Shown here: piece after piece, positions 58,983 to 64,000 of the stretch | Layout of the letters: each line of letters starts with the position of its first letter | Numbering within the stretch: position 1 is the first letter of the stretch | The notes under the pieces: generated by a model | Told to the model about the DNA's origin: nothing | Databases searched by the model: none | What the model saw: only the letters and a program-made list of their open reading frames with translations | Program-made: the position numbers and the translations under genes | Assembly: GCA_050246315.1 (NCBI GenBank) | Contig: JBFWWG010000017.1 | Coordinates: forward strand, 1-64,000 | DNA: 64,000 nucleotides | DNA from: Nitrospiraceae bacterium | GTDB taxonomy: Bacteria > Nitrospirota > Nitrospiria > Nitrospirales > Nitrospiraceae | Direction of reading: 5' to 3'

Positions 58983-59366
58983 ATGGGAACCGCGATTGAT
59001 GAGATTAGAAAGCAGATCAGTACAAAGGAAGTGGAACTCGCTCGCGTGCAGCAGGAACTGGACGTATTGCGCCGCGCACTAACCATTATGAGCGGACGGC
59101 GCATGGATGTAGCAGAAGGTGGGCCGAAAATTCCAGACCTGCTCCGTGAGGTTATGGCCGAATCCAACGGTCAAATTAGCGCCGATGAAATCGTTCTGAG
59201 GGTTAAGGCCAAAGGCAGTCAGGCAACGCGACAAACCATCCTTGGCGCAGCTTATAGATGTGCGAAAGAAGGACGTTGGATCAAGATCGTCTCAAAGGGT
59301 GTTTTCGGCACAATTGAGGAGGAGGAAGACCATCTTGTGAAGCTAAGAGCACTCTGTAGCTCATGA
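58983..59366 (+). CDS. IS passenger: coiled-coil plus winged-HTH-like protein
   Basis: SD ggagg; N-terminal heptads; ISADEIVLRV...TRQTILGAAYR...KIVSKGVF. Confidence 0.7.
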   Translation: MGTAIDEIRKQISTKEVELARVQQELDVLRRALTIMSGRRMDVAEGGPKIPDLLREVMAESNGQISADEIVLRVKAKGSQATRQTILGAAYRCAKEGRWIKIVSKGVFGTIEEEEDHLVKLRALCSS

Positions 59367-59424
59367 TGCACGAACGCCCTACCACCCACGCAAGAGGAAG
59401 TAGGGCGCTCGCTTCACCCAGTAT

Positions 59425-59521
59425 GGCCAGGCAACCCTAGCGGCAACTAGGGCGGCGGAATCGCAAACCGTTGAGCCATGTTAGCGCATGGCTTGGGGCT
59501 CAACCCCCCGCCTGGCCTCCA
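59425..59521 (+). ncRNA. Allo-tRNA-like RNA (8-bp acceptor/4-bp T-stem, long variable arm, anticodon CGC, U73, CCA)
   Basis: GGCCAGGC/GCCTGGCC-T-CCA; D stem CCCTAG/CTAGGG; anticodon arm GGCGG-AATCGCAAA-CCGTT; variable arm GAGCCATG/CATGGCTT; T arm GGGG-CTCAACC-CCCC. Confidence 0.8.
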
Positions 59522-59567
59522 TCACTACCGTAGGAGGGTAGTAATGGTGTCTCTAAAATGCATTCAC

Positions 59568-59596
59568 ACTCTACCTAGACCCCCACCAGTTGTCAA
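59568..59596 (-). promoter_or_regulatory. Antisense sigma70 promoter pointing into the tRNA-like gene
   Basis: TTGACA-N17-TAGAGT on the minus strand. Confidence 0.6.
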
Positions 59597-59725
59597 GCGA
59601 GCGAGCCCTAAGCAGAGGCGATAACTGTCTCCTGGCCGGAGAGGTGCCCCCTGCTTAGCCCTCGCTCGATCAGAGTCTACCAGAGGCAAAACTAAAATAA
59701 CTACATGCATTCGAAGGAGTTAAAC

Positions 59726-59866
59726 ATGGCAAGGAAGGATCAGACCAGTACGCTGAAGGGTCGAGATGCCCGAAGCGGTCAGTTTATCCCGGTCGAGGAA
59801 GCCAGGAAGCGGCCTAGCACGACTGTTGTTGAGCGTGTCCCGCTTCCTGGGAAGGGAGGTAAATAA
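59726..59866 (+). CDS. IS passenger: 46-aa basic protein (absent from the ORF track)
   Basis: MARKDQTSTLKGRDARSGQFIPVEEARKRPSTTVVERVPLPGKGGK; SD aaggag. Confidence 0.75.
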   Translation: MARKDQTSTLKGRDARSGQFIPVEEARKRPSTTVVERVPLPGKGGK

Positions 59867-60118
59867 TCACCGCCTTAGCACGGTGATTTTCTCAATACTG
59901 GCTGTGGGGATCGTGAGGTCCCCACAGCCTTGCAGCATGATTTCACCATTCTTCTCACCCGCCATGTGAGGCACCAAGACCTTACAGTCTTTACGATCCG
60001 CCACAAGCCAACCGACCGAACGACAATAAAGCGGTTCGGCCGCTCGCTCTATTTGCTCAGTTGTTTGCCAACCGCGCCCAGCATGGGAATCGAGCCATTC
60101 TATAAGCACCAGCTTCAT
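59867..60118 (-). CDS. IS passenger: 83-aa beta-rich hypothetical protein
   Basis: SD ggagg; LVLIEWLDS...CRSVGWLV...IPTASIEKI; directly downstream of the transposase. Confidence 0.75.
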   Translation of the reverse strand: MKLVLIEWLDSHAGRGWQTTEQIERAAEPLYCRSVGWLVADRKDCKVLVPHMAGEKNGEIMLQGCGDLTIPTASIEKITVLRR

Positions 60119-60169
60119 AGATCCTCCTATCCTCGCTTCCCTCGTTTTTGTCGCCTTCCAAAGGCCTGT

Positions 60170-61108
60170 TTATGATGGAAGGCTCGTAAGGTGCTGATAG
60201 GTGAGCCGACGCCCATGAATGGTTGAAAGGGCCTGGATAAATCGGTCTTGGTCCGTCTGCTTGCGAGCATTGAAACGGTAGGTTTGCTCATCGAGATACC
60301 GGAACAAGTGGAACGGCTCAACGCTCACATAGGTTCCCTTGATCCCGCGCTTCAGAAGGCTCCAAAAGTTCTCGATAGTGTTGGTATGCACATTCCCTTT
60401 CACGTAGGTTTCAGCATGATTAATGACGCGATGGGCATAATCCAGCCCAACCTGTTTATAGCCTGCCCACTGGTCAGTGTAGACCGTTGACCCAGATTCG
60501 ACATGGTCTCGAATGGTGCTGTTGAGCAATCGCGCGGAGGCAGTGTTTAGAACTGTTGCGCGAACCTCTCCCTTTCGCTCGATCATGCCCATCACAACGG
60601 CCTTTCGGAAGCTCCCTTCCGCCTTCACGATCTTCTTTTGTTTGTCATAGTGCATATTGCGGGCTTTCCCGCCGATATAGGTTTCATCGGCTTCCACTTC
60701 GCCAGATAGCTTGGTCTCGAAAGACTTGTTATGGAGAGCCAAGCGAAGCCGATGCAGCATGAACCAGGCAGTTTTCTGAGTCACGCCAAGGGATCGTCCC
60801 ACTTCATACGAGCTAATCCCATTCTTGCAGTTCACCAGCATCCAAAGCGCACAGAGCCACTTATCGAGCTTGATCGGACTATCCTCAAAGATAGTGCCGA
60901 CCTTCACACTGTACTGCTTCTTGCAGCCTTTGCATTCCCACAGTGAGCGAGTCTTGATGAAACGATATTCTTTTGAAGCGCAGCGCGGGCACACTGGACC
61001 GTCAGGCCAACGGAGTTGCACAACCAGATCAAGGCAGGTTTGTTGATCCGAGAAGTATTGGATGGCTTCTTGAAGAGTGTGGGGCAGTTTGTGTGAGTCC
61101 TTCATCAT
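60170..61108 (-). CDS. IS1595-family DDE transposase
   Basis: Zn ribbon CPRC...CKGC, SVKVGTIFEDS, VEADETYIGG, YTDQW, HTNTIENFWS, GRRLTY. Confidence 0.95.
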   Translation of the reverse strand: MMKDSHKLPHTLQEAIQYFSDQQTCLDLVVQLRWPDGPVCPRCASKEYRFIKTRSLWECKGCKKQYSVKVGTIFEDSPIKLDKWLCALWMLVNCKNGISSYEVGRSLGVTQKTAWFMLHRLRLALHNKSFETKLSGEVEADETYIGGKARNMHYDKQKKIVKAEGSFRKAVVMGMIERKGEVRATVLNTASARLLNSTIRDHVESGSTVYTDQWAGYKQVGLDYAHRVINHAETYVKGNVHTNTIENFWSLLKRGIKGTYVSVEPFHLFRYLDEQTYRFNARKQTDQDRFIQALSTIHGRRLTYQHLTSLPS

Positions 61109-61134
61109 CGTTCCTCCGTGGCTTGATAATGAGG

Positions 61135-61163
61135 ATTCTACACGGTTCAGCCTACTGAGTCAA
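61135..61163 (-). promoter_or_regulatory. Transposase promoter overlapping the terminal inverted repeat
   Basis: TTGACT-N17-TAGAAT; the -35 lies inside the TIR. Confidence 0.7.
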
Positions 61164-61264
61164 GTATATTAATGCCCGTTCTTTCAGGCGAGAGTTCCGT
61201 TGAAAGCTGCTATAATCCGCAGAGTCTTCCCTCGTCTCATCCGATCATCCCAAGAGTCAACTCC

Positions 61265-63541
61265 ATGGGTGCCGTTCCACCGACCAATTCGACCTCTCCA
61301 TTGATCCGAGTCATCGGAGCGACGGTCCTGGCCGTCGGAGTCGGGGCGGGAACAGTCCTGGCCCTGTCCAACAACGATATCTCTCAGGGATCTGATTCCT
61401 CCAGTTGTGTCGATGCCGAAGGTTGTTTTCGAGCGGCGTTGTCGGAGCCGAAGAATGAGCCTCAACCGGCCCGCAATGGCGCCGATGGGTCGTCGAGAAT
61501 GGATGCGCAGCTTGATCGTCTGCATGTCCTGATGGAGCAACATCCCGGCTCCGTTTGGGCTAAACGCGCGGGATTGGTCATGGGTGTGCAGTTGCGTGAG
61601 CGGGACCCCGGCCGTGCCATCCAGCATCTGCGGTCGGCACGACGGGACTTCCCCCTTCTGGAAGATTATCTGCGGCTTTGGATGGGGCAGGCACTGTTGA
61701 AACATGGCGATATCGCGGAGGCGGCCGCGCTGATGGAATCCATTCGGGATGTCGCACCAGACAGTCCCCTGGCGACCAGGGCTGCCTATGAAGCGGCGGA
61801 AGCCTGGTATCGCGCAGGGCAATGTGATCGAGCTGTCGACCTCTTCGCACTGGCCCTGCGGGCAGATGAGAAGGAATCCGTGGCTCCAGTCGGCTGGCTC
61901 CACCTCGCCGACTGCCACATGCAACTGAACCAACCGGCTGATGCCTGGACGGTGCTTCGCCAGCTCTGGGTCAAACTCCCGGGTACGCTGGAAGCGCGTG
62001 AGGCCTACGCCCGCTTGACCGGATCCTCGGCCAACGGCCAGTCCTGGCGCCCGACTGCCGAGGAACGATATCAACGGGCGAAGGAGTTTCATGCGCAGGC
62101 GCTTCATGAAGAGGCGGTCGAAGAGTTTCGGCAGTTTCTTTCTATGGCGAATGGGGACCAGCGCATCGCCGATGCCAAGTATCGATTGGGACTTTCGCTG
62201 GTTCGTCTCAAACGGTATGAACAGGCCAAGCACGTATTTCAGGAGGTAGTCGCCGGGCGGACTGCCGAAGCGGGCGAAGCGACGGTGTGGCTGGCTCGAG
62301 TCTACCTTCGCCAATCGGAGGGTGACCAACTGGTGGCCATGAGTCAGGCTCCTCCTAAAGTCATCCTGACCCAAGAGCAACGGGCCATGCTCAACATCCT
62401 CCGGGGGGTGTGGTTGGAGGATCAGGGTCAGGTGGAACAAGCGATTGCAGCCTATCGGAAAGTCGATAGCCCGGAGGCGGGCATCCACCGCATGGAAGGG
62501 CTGTGGAAGATGGCGTGGGCTCGGTATCAGGCTGGACAGTGGAAGGAAATGATTGCCGCGCTACAACGTCTCATCGAGGCCAAGGAGAGTGAGGCGCTCG
62601 TTCCACAGGCGTTGTATTGGATGGCGCGGGCCTCGGATCGGCTACAAGACAACAACGGAGATTCGCTACGCATCCGACTGTGCGTTCGGTATCCCGTCAC
62701 CTATTATTGCCAACTCGTTCGACAGGCCGGCCAGACTCCGACCGATGGGTCGATCAAGATGGACTCGGAGGCGGTCCTGTTGGGACCCGAGCAACTTCCC
62801 CCCGATAAACGAGAGGAAATCACGCGTGACCGGGCCTATCGTCGTGCGGTCGAGCTTCGGCTACTGGGGATGGGGTCTGAAGCCGCGAAGGAGCTTGCGG
62901 TCCTGACTCGTCGCTATGGGAAGGATCCCGCGGTGGTCCTCGCATTGTCGCGCCTCCTCAGTGAAGCTGGGGCGCATGGTCAGGCGTTGCGGCTTGCGCG
63001 CCTTCACTTCCGGGAGGATTTGGAATTGCGCGGCCATGTGCCGTCTCCTGCCCTGTGGCGGGTCGGGTATCCGACCGCCTTTGTGCCTGCTCACGCGGTC
63101 CAAGGGGTGGATCCGAACCTGGTGTCGGCGATCATCCGAGAGGAAAGCCAATATGACGCCCGGGCGGTCTCCCGAGTCGGTGCGCTGGGCTTGATGCAGG
63201 TGATGCCGGCGACCGCGAACACCGTCGCAAAGAAACTGGGGATGGCCGAAGTCACGCGTGATGATCTTTTTGACGAGGAGATCAACGTCCGGATCGGTGC
63301 TCGATATGTGGCTCAATTACTGGAACAGTTCTCGGGTAACCTCATCTACACGGTAGCGGCGTACAATGCCGGTCCCCAGGCCGTGAACGGATGGATAGCC
63401 AAACATGGATGGCGGGAGTCGGATGAATTCGTCGAGTTGATTCCCTATCAGGAGACGCGGCTGTACGTGAAACGTGTGTTACGCAGCTACCGGGAGTATC
63501 AGCGGCTTCGCGAGGCGTCGTTTCAGGGTCAGGGTGCATAG
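61265..63541 (+). CDS. slt: Soluble lytic murein transglycosylase (TPR plus SLT, Slt70-like)
   Basis: TPR helices; IIREESQY, GALGLMQVMP, AAYNAGP, IPYQETRLYV. Confidence 0.92.
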   Translation: MGAVPPTNSTSPLIRVIGATVLAVGVGAGTVLALSNNDISQGSDSSSCVDAEGCFRAALSEPKNEPQPARNGADGSSRMDAQLDRLHVLMEQHPGSVWAKRAGLVMGVQLRERDPGRAIQHLRSARRDFPLLEDYLRLWMGQALLKHGDIAEAAALMESIRDVAPDSPLATRAAYEAAEAWYRAGQCDRAVDLFALALRADEKESVAPVGWLHLADCHMQLNQPADAWTVLRQLWVKLPGTLEAREAYARLTGSSANGQSWRPTAEERYQRAKEFHAQALHEEAVEEFRQFLSMANGDQRIADAKYRLGLSLVRLKRYEQAKHVFQEVVAGRTAEAGEATVWLARVYLRQSEGDQLVAMSQAPPKVILTQEQRAMLNILRGVWLEDQGQVEQAIAAYRKVDSPEAGIHRMEGLWKMAWARYQAGQWKEMIAALQRLIEAKESEALVPQALYWMARASDRLQDNNGDSLRIRLCVRYPVTYYCQLVRQAGQTPTDGSIKMDSEAVLLGPEQLPPDKREEITRDRAYRRAVELRLLGMGSEAAKELAVLTRRYGKDPAVVLALSRLLSEAGAHGQALRLARLHFREDLELRGHVPSPALWRVGYPTAFVPAHAVQGVDPNLVSAIIREESQYDARAVSRVGALGLMQVMPATANTVAKKLGMAEVTRDDLFDEEINVRIGARYVAQLLEQFSGNLIYTVAAYNAGPQAVNGWIAKHGWRESDEFVELIPYQETRLYVKRVLRSYREYQRLREASFQGQGA

Positions 63542-63562
63542 GGTCTCCGCGTACGTCATTTC

Positions 63563-63592
63563 TTGACAGATCATGGGCGCGGCCACTATAGT
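63563..63592 (+). promoter_or_regulatory. Sigma70 promoter of zapB-zapA
   Basis: TTGACA-N18-TATAGT. Confidence 0.65.
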
Positions 63593-63640
63593 TTGCCAAT
63601 CCTTCCTCACAAAATCCTACGCAGGAATGAAGGCGTCACC

Positions 63641-63895
63641 ATGGCGCTCGACAAACTCGAAGCTTTAGAAAGCCGAGTCAAAGACCTCGTCAAGGCCCTT
63701 CACGACCTCCGTCAGAAAAACCAGTTGTTGGAGCAGGACTTGCGTGCGGCGCGAGCGCGCCTCTTCGCCCAGGAGGAAGCCAATCGACGTTGGGAGCGCG
63801 AGCGGGCGGGGATTAAGACCAGAGTGGAGAAGGTCTTGGGGGAGGTTGAGTTGCTCGAGTGCTGGGAGGACTCAAAGGAGGTGGCTCTTGGCTAA
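63641..63895 (+). CDS. zapB: Cell division coiled-coil protein ZapB-like
   Basis: MALDKLEALESRVK... coiled coil directly upstream of zapA. Confidence 0.8.
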   Translation: MALDKLEALESRVKDLVKALHDLRQKNQLLEQDLRAARARLFAQEEANRRWERERAGIKTRVEKVLGEVELLECWEDSKEVALG

Positions 63896-64000
63896 GACCG
63901 TCGAGGTCGAGATCTACGGGCAGCGGTATACGCTACGGGGCGATGCAGATGAACAATATGTGAAGCGCATCGCACAGTTCGTGGATGATCATATGAAAGC
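63888..64000 (+). CDS. zapA: Cell division protein ZapA (3' end outside window)
   Basis: TTG start with SD aaggaggt; KTVEVEIYGQRYTLRGDADEQYVKRIAQFVDDHMK. Confidence 0.88.
   Translation, partial: MAKTVEVEIYGQRYTLRGDADEQYVKRIAQFVDDHMK

Larger units (their letters stand above)
58583..61176 (-). mobile_element. Complete IS1595-family element carrying passenger genes (2594 bp)
   Basis: 25-bp TIRs (58583-58607; 61152-61176; 22/25 match), 8-bp target duplication CGTTCTTT (58575-58582; 61177-61184), internal transposase. Confidence 0.95.

Noticed and set aside
59425..59521. Canonical tRNA-Sec or ordinary tRNA-Ala/Cys
   Set aside because: No UCA anticodon, T stem is 4 bp rather than 5, there is no G3.U70, and GCA is out of register
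61172..61264. slt start at ATG 61172
   Set aside because: That ATG lies inside the IS terminal repeat; ATG 61265, downstream of a TGCTATAAT extended -10, is more plausible

Overview
GC-rich bacterial chromosomal window. Gene order and the dispersed repeat families suggest Nitrospira/Nitrospirota (inference). All family calls come from reading motifs by eye; no database search was run. Left to right: (1) a YcbK/M15 peptidase and five tandem 'GCIP' lipoproteins built from about 30 cadherin-like beta-sandwich repeats; (2) dinB and small genes, then tRNA-Glu(CTC) followed directly by a tandem array of structured, covarying ~75-nt units; (3) a polyamine cluster (DHS-like enzyme, pyruvoyl arginine decarboxylase, agmatinase, ALDH); (4) a T1SS-like MFP/TolC/ABC set whose ATPase is degenerate; (5) purEK, a His-less hybrid kinase, rhomboid, DHH, LOG and CBS-PilZ genes; (6) a DUF692(MNIO)-dus-maf operon and a decayed region; (7) an MsbA-like exporter, an unannotated bS22-like small ribosomal protein, nadB, slt, pabC/pabB-like genes, F0 ATP synthase genes, larE, an M16 pair and rlmN; (8) a complete 2594-bp IS1595-family element; (9) slt-zapB-zapA. 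The best candidate for an undescribed system is the cargo of the IS1595 element. It carries a 97-nt 8/4-type allo-tRNA-like RNA with CCA, a near-consensus antisense promoter pointing across it, additional long hairpins and four small ORFs.
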